A stretch of 64,000 nt of DNA, taken from contig DWVI01000004.1 in assembly GCA_019120295.1 (NCBI GenBank), forward strand, positions 166,758-230,757, read 5' to 3'. The position numbers and the translations under genes are program-made. Of this stretch, positions 1 to 7,916 are shown piece by piece. The DNA is from Candidatus Onthoplasma faecipullorum (GTDB lineage: Bacteria; Bacillota; Clostridia; Christensenellales; UBA1242). The notes under the pieces were generated by a model, which saw nothing but the letters and a program-made list of their open reading frames with translations, did not search any database and was not told the DNA's origin. Position 1 is the stretch's first letter, and the number at the start of each line of letters is the position of its first letter.

Positions 1-359
1 TTCAAGACTTCTTGAAAATGTCTGTATGCGGACTTGGTTCAAATGAAGATTGCGATATATTAACAAACCCGCCTTATAAATATGCAAAGGAATTTATATT
101 AAAAGCACTTGATATAGCAGGCTGGGGACACAAAGTTTATATGTTTCTTAAGCTAACTTTTCTTGAGGGCAAGGCGAGATATAAAGATTTATTCAGCAAA
201 TATCCACCTAAAGTCATCTATGTTTTTAGTGAAAGAGTTATGTGTGCTAAGAATGGAAGATTTGAAGAAATGAAAGCTGGTGGCGGTAGTGCAGTAGCTT
301 ATGCTTGGTTTGTGTGGCAGAAAGGTTGGCAGGGTAAACCTATAATCGAATGGATATAG
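1..359 (+). CDS. DNA amino-methyltransferase (N6-adenine/N4-cytosine type), C-terminal part; the 5' end is outside the window
   Basis: Frame is open from base 3. 'DILTNPPY' matches catalytic motif IV (D/N-PP-Y). Confidence 0.6.
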   Translation, partial: QDFLKMSVCGLGSNEDCDILTNPPYKYAKEFILKALDIAGWGHKVYMFLKLTFLEGKARYKDLFSKYPPKVIYVFSERVMCAKNGRFEEMKAGGGSAVAYAWFVWQKGWQGKPIIEWI

Positions 360-367
360 GAGGGTAT

Positions 368-652
368 ATGAACAAACAAGAACTCGAACAACAGGTAGAG
401 ATTCTGCAAAAATCAAATGACAAAATGTTAAGATTTGTTTTCGATTTGAGAAAATTTATTGACACGAATTTGCAGCCGTTTAGAGATGGTATAGCAGATT
501 ATGAAGACGAAAGGAACAGAGGAATACTTTCAGTCCTAAATTGCTTAGTAGAAAAATTTAATCAACATAGTCGATTAAAAATTGAGCCGCTGCCTCAATA
601 CAAATGTAAAGTTATAAAATTTAGAGTTTACAAAGGAGGGAATGATGAATAG
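368..652 (+). CDS. hypothetical phage protein
   Basis: ATG at 368 preceded by AGGAGGG; start preferred over the track ATG at 350. Confidence 0.6.
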   Translation: MNKQELEQQVEILQKSNDKMLRFVFDLRKFIDTNLQPFRDGIADYEDERNRGILSVLNCLVEKFNQHSRLKIEPLPQYKCKVIKFRVYKGGNDE

Positions 653-1145
653 AGAAGTATTTGTGAACATTAAGGTAAAACTGCCGAAAGAATGTGATGT
701 TGGTTTTTCTGACAATGACCTTGAAGAAATACGAAACTATTATAAAAAAAAGTTTTCAAACTTTGACTGCTTAAACGGGGAATTTGAAGTAAGTTTTGTA
801 GATAAAAGGATTGAGCAAATTAACCAGCTCAAACTACAACTTAAAGAAAAAGGAAAAGAAATTAAAATCAGGAATGATAAATTAGATGAATTAAAAAATC
901 AATTAGCTAATTGCCACAAATCGCTAAAGAGAAAAACACAAAGCAATAGAGACTTGCAGCATCTAAAACATAAAACAAATACACAACTCGCAATTCAAAA
1001 ACTTGAAGAAGTGAACTCTATATTATATGAGAGTCACTACAAAAAGATTGGTAATAAGTATTATGCTGAACTTGAAGATATCGAAAATGTTATTGACCAG
1101 CAAATCAAAAAGTTAAAAGGAGAGAAAGATGACACAGACAAGTAA
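642..1145 (+). CDS. hypothetical coiled-coil phage protein
   Basis: RBS AGGAGGG; K/E/L-rich heptad-like sequence; overlaps both neighbouring genes. Confidence 0.6.
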   Translation: MMNREVFVNIKVKLPKECDVGFSDNDLEEIRNYYKKKFSNFDCLNGEFEVSFVDKRIEQINQLKLQLKEKGKEIKIRNDKLDELKNQLANCHKSLKRKTQSNRDLQHLKHKTNTQLAIQKLEEVNSILYESHYKKIGNKYYAELEDIENVIDQQIKKLKGEKDDTDK

Positions 1146-1386
1146 AAGGTATCATTGTTGTTTGAGTATTGAGGGTGCAATAAAAAACGCAAAAGACCTC
1201 AAAGGCTGTATAACGCTTGATAATGGACAAGTTTTAATGTCCGTAAAAGAAATAAGAGATTTTATGAAAAGTCAACTTGCATTAGGCAGAAGAGTTTTAC
1301 CGTGTGGAGATTGTGATAATTTTGACTATCAAACAGGTTGCAAAGGACACGAGGTGGAAGATGAAAGCAATAATGATAAGCATTAA
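1129..1386 (+). CDS. hypothetical phage protein (Cys-containing)
   Basis: RBS AAAGGAGAG 4 nt upstream of the ATG; 'PCGDCDNF...GC' cysteine pattern. Confidence 0.55.
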   Translation: MTQTSKRYHCCLSIEGAIKNAKDLKGCITLDNGQVLMSVKEIRDFMKSQLALGRRVLPCGDCDNFDYQTGCKGHEVEDESNNDKH

Positions 1387-2047
1387 GCCTGAATGGTGCG
1401 AAAAGATATGTAATTATAAGAAAACTATTGAAATTCGCAAAACAATGCCGAAGTGTGCGTTGCCTATCAAAGTTTATATTTACTGCACAGGAGCAAGAAA
1501 ATACTTCTTCCACAACGGAATTGGAGAAACGCTTGACGACTTATATAGATTGCCAAAAAATGCAGATTATGATGGCGGTAAAATAAAGTTTGGATATAGT
1601 GGCGAACTTATGTGTTGTGGTGCAGAATATGATAAAAATAATTTTCTTAATGGCAAAGTTATTGCAGAATTTATGCTTAAAAAAGTTGATTTTATAAAAA
1701 TGCCTAAAAATATTTCAAAAGAATTTCAACAAAAAACTTGTTTGAAGCCTAATCAAATACTTGATTATTTAGGTGGTAATCTATTTAAAAATTTCTATGC
1801 TTGGCACATAGACGACTTAAAAATCTATGACGAGCCAAAAAATATAAAAATGTTTAAGAAACCTTGTATAAGCCCGCAAATGCCATATTGCCCTAATTGT
1901 AAAGTTGGTTGCGAATGTATAAGTGAAAGCGAACAAGAGTGTTATAGAGCATTTGGCGAATGCAGCACTGAGTGGGTATGCTTAAACTATATGGATAGAC
2001 CGCCACAAAGTTGGTGCTATGTTGAAGAATTAAGGGAGTGGTTATGA
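1361..2047 (+). CDS. ASCH (PUA-like) domain protein with Cys-rich C-terminus
   Basis: ATG at 1361 follows GAGGTGG. The N-terminus 'MKAIMISIKPEWCEKI..KKTIEIRK' resembles the ASCH beta-barrel start. C-terminal CPNC/C-x-C cluster. Confidence 0.5.
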   Translation: MKAIMISIKPEWCEKICNYKKTIEIRKTMPKCALPIKVYIYCTGARKYFFHNGIGETLDDLYRLPKNADYDGGKIKFGYSGELMCCGAEYDKNNFLNGKVIAEFMLKKVDFIKMPKNISKEFQQKTCLKPNQILDYLGGNLFKNFYAWHIDDLKIYDEPKNIKMFKKPCISPQMPYCPNCKVGCECISESEQECYRAFGECSTEWVCLNYMDRPPQSWCYVEELREWL

Positions 2048-2709
2048 AACGAACAAAGATAGATTGGTGCGATTGCACAATAAACCCTGTTGTTGGTTGC
2101 AAGAATGGTTGCCCTTATTGCTATGCAAGAAAAATAAACGACCGCTTCCATTTTATTGAAGATTGGAACAAGCCACAATTCTTTCCTGAAAGACTAAAAC
2201 AGCTAAGCTCTAAAAAACAAAAATCAATATTTATGGATAGTATGAGCGATGTTGGTTTATGGAAGAGTATATGGTTTGATCAAGTCATTCAGGCAATGCA
2301 GAAAAATACTCAACATAGATATATATTTTTATCAAAATGTGCTAATGGTTTTTTAGGGCATAGTAAATTCTTCTTAGGGCTTGAAGATATAGCATTTTTC
2401 GGTTTATCAATTACTAAAGCAAACGATTGGGATAAACTGCAGGGAACAAGTTTTGATTTTATTAGTATTGAGCCTCTATTGGAAGATTTAAACCTGCACA
2501 GATATAAATATTATCCTTTGTCTTTAAAACAAGTGATTATTGGTGCCGAGACAGGTAACAGGAAAGGCAAAGTTATACCAAAGAAAGAATGGGTAGACAG
2601 CATTGTAAATTTTTGCGATGAACATCATTTGAGAGTATTTATGAAATCAAGCCTAAAAGATATTATGGGCGAAGATTTTAGACAAGATAAACTTATTTGG
2701 GAGGTATAA
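2044..2709 (+). CDS. DUF5131 / phage Gp37-Gp68 family protein, radical-SAM-like
   Basis: 'KIDWCDCTINPVVGCKNGCPYCYA' contains CxxxCxxC. This N-terminus is typical of the Gp37/Gp68 family as I recall it. ATGA overlap with the upstream stop. Confidence 0.6.
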   Translation: MKRTKIDWCDCTINPVVGCKNGCPYCYARKINDRFHFIEDWNKPQFFPERLKQLSSKKQKSIFMDSMSDVGLWKSIWFDQVIQAMQKNTQHRYIFLSKCANGFLGHSKFFLGLEDIAFFGLSITKANDWDKLQGTSFDFISIEPLLEDLNLHRYKYYPLSLKQVIIGAETGNRKGKVIPKKEWVDSIVNFCDEHHLRVFMKSSLKDIMGEDFRQDKLIWEV

Positions 2710-2710
2710 A

Positions 2711-3061
2711 GTGGATAAAGAAAAATTTGTTATTGTAAAACATAAAAAGGATAGCATCCACAGTTTTGTCTTTAAGTTTAAGAAAGGCGTCAAGGCAAAG
2801 GTGGGAGATGTTGTTCTTTGTTCTACAAAAAGAGGTTATGATATAGGTTTTGTTTCTGAAATAGTTGAAATTCCTAAAGTAATTGAAAATGATTTTCTTT
2901 ATAGAATGGGAGCTTATAAGCCAGTAAAAGAAATTATCTTTGCTATGCCTGAAGAGATTTACAACAAGCTTATTGATAGCAAACGAATATATTTTACACA
3001 GCTTGAAGATACCCTTAAAAACATAACTCAACAAGTGGAAGAGTTGAAAAATCAACTTTAA
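2711..3061 (+). CDS. hypothetical phage protein
   Basis: GTG start 5 nt after GGAGG; fills the gap between neighbouring genes. Confidence 0.5.
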   Translation: MDKEKFVIVKHKKDSIHSFVFKFKKGVKAKVGDVVLCSTKRGYDIGFVSEIVEIPKVIENDFLYRMGAYKPVKEIIFAMPEEIYNKLIDSKRIYFTQLEDTLKNITQQVEELKNQL

Positions 3062-3073
3062 GGAATGGGATAA

Positions 3074-3877
3074 ATGATACAAACTTTAGACAAAACAAAA
3101 AGATTTATTTGTTGGAGCGGAGGCAAAGATAGCACAGCCAGCATTTGCAAGTGTTATGAGCTTGGGATCAGGGTGGATGGAGTAGTAATAACCGAAGTAA
3201 TGTTTGACTTAAAAAGAAATATAAGCGGGGAAAACCCTAAGCATATAAAATGGGTTTATGACGTTGCAATACCAATCATTAAAAATGTTTTTGGCTATGA
3301 AGTTATTATCTTAAGAGATAAAAGTGATTATATTCAAGAATTTAATCATAGAGTTGGTAAAAAATCAAAAATACCTTCAAGAATAGGAAAAAAACGTGGT
3401 TGGTTTATAGGTGGTATGTGTATAGGAAATGACAGATTAAAAATGCGTCCACTTCGCAAATTTTTCAAGAGCATTGGTAAATGTGAAACTATTGTAGGAA
3501 TTGCAGCAGATGAAACAAAGAGATACAACAAAAAAACAATGCAGGAAGCAGGTAAACGTAGTATATTATTTGAGTTGGGAATAACGGAAAGTATGACTTA
3601 TGATATATGCCGTAAATATAATCTGTTATCTCCGATATACGATAATGTGAGCAGAGGTGGTTGTTGGTTTTGTCCGAATCAAGCAATACCAGAGTTCGCT
3701 GCATTAAAAAAAGAATATCCTGAATTATGGGCTGAATTAAAGTTGTTATCTCAGGACAAAGAGATTGTTAGTCAAGGTTTCAAGTATGGCAAGACTTTTC
3801 AAGAAGTTGAAAAAGAAGTTGACCTTATCAATAATCAGATGACAATACTTGATATTTTGGAGGATAAAAATGATTGA
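3074..3877 (+). CDS. PAPS-reductase-like PP-loop ATP pyrophosphatase family protein
   Basis: 'CWSGGKDSTA' matches the SGGxDS PP-loop; C-terminal 'GGCWFCPNQ' cysteine motif. Confidence 0.6.
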   Translation: MIQTLDKTKRFICWSGGKDSTASICKCYELGIRVDGVVITEVMFDLKRNISGENPKHIKWVYDVAIPIIKNVFGYEVIILRDKSDYIQEFNHRVGKKSKIPSRIGKKRGWFIGGMCIGNDRLKMRPLRKFFKSIGKCETIVGIAADETKRYNKKTMQEAGKRSILFELGITESMTYDICRKYNLLSPIYDNVSRGGCWFCPNQAIPEFAALKKEYPELWAELKLLSQDKEIVSQGFKYGKTFQEVEKEVDLINNQMTILDILEDKND

Positions 3878-4202
3878 TAAATGTAAACATTGCGGAAGCA
3901 AAGAGCTCTATTTAGAGCCACGAGTAAAAGGGCAGGATATTCTGACGGCGGATATGGTTGCCTTAAAGTGTAAAAGCTGCGGGAAATGGCTTAAGTGGTG
4001 TCCTAAAAATGAGAGAGTAAACTACTTAAAAATTGAAAAGCCTGATAAGTGGCAGAAGTTGAAAGAAATACTAAAAAGACAAATTGATACTGACAGCAGA
4101 GAATTTCTTGAGACAGGCTTTACTGTTTTTAAAAATTATATTGCTGCAGAAAATTTGATTTTAGATATTATGCAGGAACTGGAGGCGGAAGATGAAAAAT
4201 GA
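3870..4202 (+). CDS. zinc-ribbon protein
   Basis: ATG at 3870 after TTGGAGG; two CxxC pairs (CKHCGS ... CKSCGK). Confidence 0.55.
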   Translation: MIDKCKHCGSKELYLEPRVKGQDILTADMVALKCKSCGKWLKWCPKNERVNYLKIEKPDKWQKLKEILKRQIDTDSREFLETGFTVFKNYIAAENLILDIMQELEAEDEK

Positions 4203-4389
4203 TAAGCACGAAAGCGAACTATTAAACGGTTACATAGATAAATGGGTTAAAGTTACATTCAAAGACGACACACGGTGTAATGGAGTGCTAAAGAGAGCAG
4301 ATTTTGGCTTTGGATATGTGATAAAAAGACCTGATGGAAATACTGTAAAATTTGCAAAATCTCTCGTAAAGAAGATAGAAAAAATATAG
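4192..4389 (+). CDS. hypothetical phage protein
   Basis: RBS GGAGGCGG; overlaps the upstream gene end. Confidence 0.5.
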   Translation: MKNDKHESELLNGYIDKWVKVTFKDDTRCNGVLKRADFGFGYVIKRPDGNTVKFAKSLVKKIEKI

Positions 4390-4397
4390 GAGATATT

Positions 4398-4547
4398 ATG
4401 TTAATTGCAATTGCTTTAATTATTATTGCTTGGGTTGTGGTTATGCCTTTATGGGTATCAATCACTCTAACAGCTCTTTCCGTGTTGCACTTTGTTATTA
4501 AAATTATTGTAATGCTTATTAGATTTTTCTCAGGAACAATAGATTAG
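4398..4547 (+). CDS. small hydrophobic membrane protein (49 aa, two predicted TM helices); below the ORF-track size cut-off
   Basis: AGGAG 5 nt upstream of the ATG. Translates as MLIAIALIIIAWVVVMPLWVSITLTALSVLHFVIKIIVMLIRFFSGTID. Fills an otherwise empty gap. Confidence 0.5.
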   Translation: MLIAIALIIIAWVVVMPLWVSITLTALSVLHFVIKIIVMLIRFFSGTID

Positions 4548-4555
4548 GAGGGGAT

Positions 4556-4906
4556 ATGAAAAGTAAACTTGATAAGAAATTTTCGGAAGTTACAAAAGAA
4601 ATGAAAGAGCGAGATTACAATACTCTTTACAGTGAATATACGTTAGCAATAAAAGCCAACAGGCAATTATCTGATGCTTTAGACAAAGAAAGGGAAGAAA
4701 ACGATCGGCTGCGAGTTTTAATATTTGCGTTTGTAAGAAATTCTGCTGTTGCTCCGACTGGTTTTATTTTAAAGAAGAGCGAGCAAGAAATTACTGACAA
4801 AACATTTGAGACAATTCAGGAAGCGGAAAAGATGATTGACTTTGATAAGATGAAAGACTTTATGAACTTAGCATCTGCAAAAGAAAATAGATTTGATAAG
4901 GAATAG
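4556..4906 (+). CDS. hypothetical phage protein
   Basis: RBS TAGGAGGGG. Confidence 0.55.
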   Translation: MKSKLDKKFSEVTKEMKERDYNTLYSEYTLAIKANRQLSDALDKEREENDRLRVLIFAFVRNSAVAPTGFILKKSEQEITDKTFETIQEAEKMIDFDKMKDFMNLASAKENRFDKE

Positions 4907-4917
4907 GGAGGCGAATA

Positions 4918-5238
4918 GTGAAAGACGAATATAATTGCAAAGATTGTATAAACAGAGGCACAGAGATTTGTGAAAATTGTGTAACTACAAAATATCCAAG
5001 TGGACGCACTTCAAAACCATCTCATTATCAAACAAAAGAAGAAGCACTTTTAAGAATCAGAGTGCAGACTGTTCCGCCTATAGGAATAATGCCGAGATAT
5101 ATACACGAAGAAAGGCGTGCAGACGAGCTTGCAAAAGCAATTATACGATATGCAAATAGTGGAACTCCAATACCAACAGAATGGGTGGCGGAGCATAACG
5201 AACTTAGGCTGAAAAATAAACCAAAAGGCTGGTTATAG
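4918..5238 (+). CDS. hypothetical Cys-rich phage protein
   Basis: GTG start after GGGAGG; 'CKDCINRGTEICENC' motif. Confidence 0.5.
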   Translation: MKDEYNCKDCINRGTEICENCVTTKYPSGRTSKPSHYQTKEEALLRIRVQTVPPIGIMPRYIHEERRADELAKAIIRYANSGTPIPTEWVAEHNELRLKNKPKGWL

Positions 5239-5250
5239 GCGGAGGTAGAA

Positions 5251-5586
5251 ATGTCAAGACAAAGAATGTATTTTAAGTATGAAATTCCTACGAGTATTGT
5301 TGAGATTGTAAAAGCTGTTTGCTCAGATTATGACAGAAGAGAAAGAGCTATTAAATTCAGCAACCTAACAGGAGATGTTTTGACTAAGTATGTTGAGCTG
5401 AATAACGCCATAGACAAAGCTTTGACAGATGTTGAAGTTGGCATACGCCGTGATATGCTAAACGATATACAAAAGCGAAGAGGATATGATTTTTCACGTG
5501 CTGCATTGATTATATCTAAAAACACGTATTACAGACGAAAACGCAAGCTAATTTATGATATTGCAAAGGAACTTGCATTATTATAA
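5251..5586 (+). CDS. putative late-gene transcriptional activator (RinA/ArpU-like, sigma region-4-like C-terminal HTH)
   Basis: Lies immediately upstream of the packaging module, where Firmicute phages usually place their late activator. The C-terminus 'ISKNTYYRRKRKLIYDIAKEL' looks like a basic HTH. Similarity was judged by eye only. Confidence 0.35.
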   Translation: MSRQRMYFKYEIPTSIVEIVKAVCSDYDRRERAIKFSNLTGDVLTKYVELNNAIDKALTDVEVGIRRDMLNDIQKRRGYDFSRAALIISKNTYYRRKRKLIYDIAKELALL

Positions 5587-5682
5587 TAAATATATATTAT
5601 TATTAAATATTTTTGTTAAGTTATATAATATAAAATAAATATTATATATAAATAAAGCACAATCGCTTACGCTCATAGAATT

Positions 5683-5698
5683 ATAAATAGTGACTAAA
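5683..5698 (+). promoter_or_regulatory. 16-nt motif ATAAATAGTGACTAAA, copy 1 (upstream of terS)
   Basis: An exact second copy lies at 21614-21629. Both sit at module boundaries. Confidence 0.35.
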
Positions 5699-5757
5699 CG
5701 CTGCAAAATGAGTGCTAAGATAAATAATAGATAATGTGCCATATACCCTTTGAGGTT

Positions 5758-5800
5758 AGAGCCCTTTTATTCCAATATGGAGTATCAGGGCTTATTTTGT
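5758..5800 (+). terminator. interrupted hairpin plus T-rich tail in the terS leader (candidate regulated terminator)
   Basis: AGAGCCC (5758-5764) pairs with GGGCTT (5788-5793). An inner TATTCC/GGAGTA stem is present, followed by ATTTTGTTGTT. The 5' arm TAGAGCCCTT is shared with the hairpin at 21864. Confidence 0.3.
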
Positions 5801-5821
5801 TGTTATAAGGAGAGAAACAAA

Positions 5822-6382
5822 ATGAGTCTGAAGAAAGAACCTGAAAAAAAGAGAAAGGCAAACGGACAGTTTGAAAAAGGAAATGAGGTAGGGAAAGAAA
5901 CTCGATTCAAAAAGAATAATTCGGCGGCTTGTAAGTATAAAGACGAATATTGCGATAAGCTTATACAGTTTTTTAATAGACCTAACACAAGAATTGAGTA
6001 TAAAGAGACTTACTATAAAGGCGAGCTTACTTCAAGGACACCTATCCTTTTGCCTGAGGAGTATCCAACGTTTGAATTATTTGCAGCTGAACTTGGCGTA
6101 ACAACTGGAACTTTAAAAAATTGGTGTAAAGAATACCCCCGATTTGCAGACTGTTACGCACGTGCGAAAGAGATTCAACTTGGAAAGCTCACAACAAATG
6201 CAGTAACTGGTTTATATAACCCTGTTTATGCAAAGTTTGAAGCAGTAAACAATCATAATCAGAAAGATAAATCAGAAGTAGATACAAAAGTGTCAGGCAA
6301 TGTTGCAAACATTGATCCAAAAGTTTTAGCCCTTATTGAGAAAGTAAATAAGAGGTTGCAAAATGCAGAAGAAAAGTCGTGA
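5822..6382 (+). CDS. terminase small subunit
   Basis: ATG at 5822 after AAGGAGAG. Basic N-terminus, HTH-like 'GTLKNWCKEYPRFADCYARAKE'. Overlaps and directly precedes the large terminase. Confidence 0.65.
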   Translation: MSLKKEPEKKRKANGQFEKGNEVGKETRFKKNNSAACKYKDEYCDKLIQFFNRPNTRIEYKETYYKGELTSRTPILLPEEYPTFELFAAELGVTTGTLKNWCKEYPRFADCYARAKEIQLGKLTTNAVTGLYNPVYAKFEAVNNHNQKDKSEVDTKVSGNVANIDPKVLALIEKVNKRLQNAEEKS

Positions 6383-7916
6383 TAAAAAGCAAAGCTCCGC
6401 CACCAACTATGGAGAGTATATACAAGAAATACTTAAGGCAGAGTTTGAATATTGCAGGCACAACGTTGTTTATTGGGCTAACAATTATTGTGTTATAGAA
6501 GATAAGGACTCTCCTGAGATTATTGTTCCTTTTCACGCTTGGGATGCACAAAACCAAACCTTAATAGACTTTGAAAAGTATAGACTTAACTTAATTCTTA
6601 AGGCTCGACAAATGGGAATTACTTGGCTTGCATTATATTACTGCACACACGATTTAATATTCAATCTTGGTCATACTGTTGTAGCATTATCAAAGACAGA
6701 AGATGACGCAAAAGAGTTAGTAAGGCGTATGAGTGTCATACTTGACAATATGCCTGAAATATTACAAGGCGGCGGCTTAACATACTCGAAGACGACAACC
6801 TCAATAGCTATCACAAATAGCGGGGGAAAGCTTATATCAACATTTAAAGCGTTCCCGTCATCGCCTGCAGCAGGTCGTTCATTTACTGGCAATATATTAT
6901 TGCTTGATGAGTGGGCGTTTCAGGAGTTTGCTGAAGAGATTTGGACTTCTGCATATCCAACAATCAACCGACCTACAGGAGGTAAAGTGATAGGGCTTTC
7001 TACAATTAAGAAAGGCACGTTATTTGAGCGTCTATGGGTAGAAGACAACGCATTTCATAAGATATTCCTTTCGGTGTTTTCTGATCCTCGCAGAACGCAA
7101 GAATGGTATGAAAGAACAGCAAGAGATTTAGGAGTAATGGTAAAACAAGAATATCCTCGAACAGCTGAAGAAGCTTTAAGCAATCTTGGCGGAAGTTTCT
7201 TTAATGAGTTTGACTATAGCATACACACTTGCGAACCGTTTGTTATTCCTACAGATTGGACTATATATGACTCGATGGACTATGGTCTCGATATGTTTGC
7301 TTATTTAAAGATGGCGATTGATAATGAGAAAAATGTATATGTTTTTTATGAGATTTATGAGAGTGGGCTTATCATTTCAGATGCAGCTGCAAAAGTAAAG
7401 GTGGCGGAACTGAAAGAGAATGATGACGGAACTGTGCAACAGTGGTATAAGCCTCGTGAAAGACTTGCTCCTCCTGATTTATGGAATAGAAGCCAAGAGT
7501 CAGGGAAAAGTAGAGCGTTAGTATTTTCAGAGAATGGACTTGAGCTTACAAAATCAAATAATGATAGGCACGCAGGTTGGCTTGAAATTAAAGAGTTATT
7601 AAAAGTATACGAAACTCCTGACGGGCATAAGACAGCTAAATTAAAGATATTTAGAACCTGTAAAAATCTCATAAGGACATTGCCTCAATTGCTCATTGAT
7701 GAAAAGGACGTGCAAGACTGTGCAAAAGAACCACACGAATTGACACACGCTCCTGATGCATTAAGATACTTTGCAATTTATTGGACGCAACCGCCTCAAC
7801 CAAAACCAGCAAAGAAAGTAAAATATCGCAAAGACCAGCTCGAAGATTATTACAACGCACGAAGTGAGGCGGAAAGACAAGAAATTATAAAAAGATATGG
7901 GGAGCCTGAATTATGA
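6363..7916 (+). CDS. terminase large subunit
   Basis: 517 aa. Walker-A-like 'KARQMGITW' and Walker-B 'ILLLDEWAF'. Nuclease-half acidic motifs 'SMDYGLD' and 'HAPDALRY'. Confidence 0.85.
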   Translation: MQKKSRDKKQSSATNYGEYIQEILKAEFEYCRHNVVYWANNYCVIEDKDSPEIIVPFHAWDAQNQTLIDFEKYRLNLILKARQMGITWLALYYCTHDLIFNLGHTVVALSKTEDDAKELVRRMSVILDNMPEILQGGGLTYSKTTTSIAITNSGGKLISTFKAFPSSPAAGRSFTGNILLLDEWAFQEFAEEIWTSAYPTINRPTGGKVIGLSTIKKGTLFERLWVEDNAFHKIFLSVFSDPRRTQEWYERTARDLGVMVKQEYPRTAEEALSNLGGSFFNEFDYSIHTCEPFVIPTDWTIYDSMDYGLDMFAYLKMAIDNEKNVYVFYEIYESGLIISDAAAKVKVAELKENDDGTVQQWYKPRERLAPPDLWNRSQESGKSRALVFSENGLELTKSNNDRHAGWLEIKELLKVYETPDGHKTAKLKIFRTCKNLIRTLPQLLIDEKDVQDCAKEPHELTHAPDALRYFAIYWTQPPQPKPAKKVKYRKDQLEDYYNARSEAERQEIIKRYGEPEL

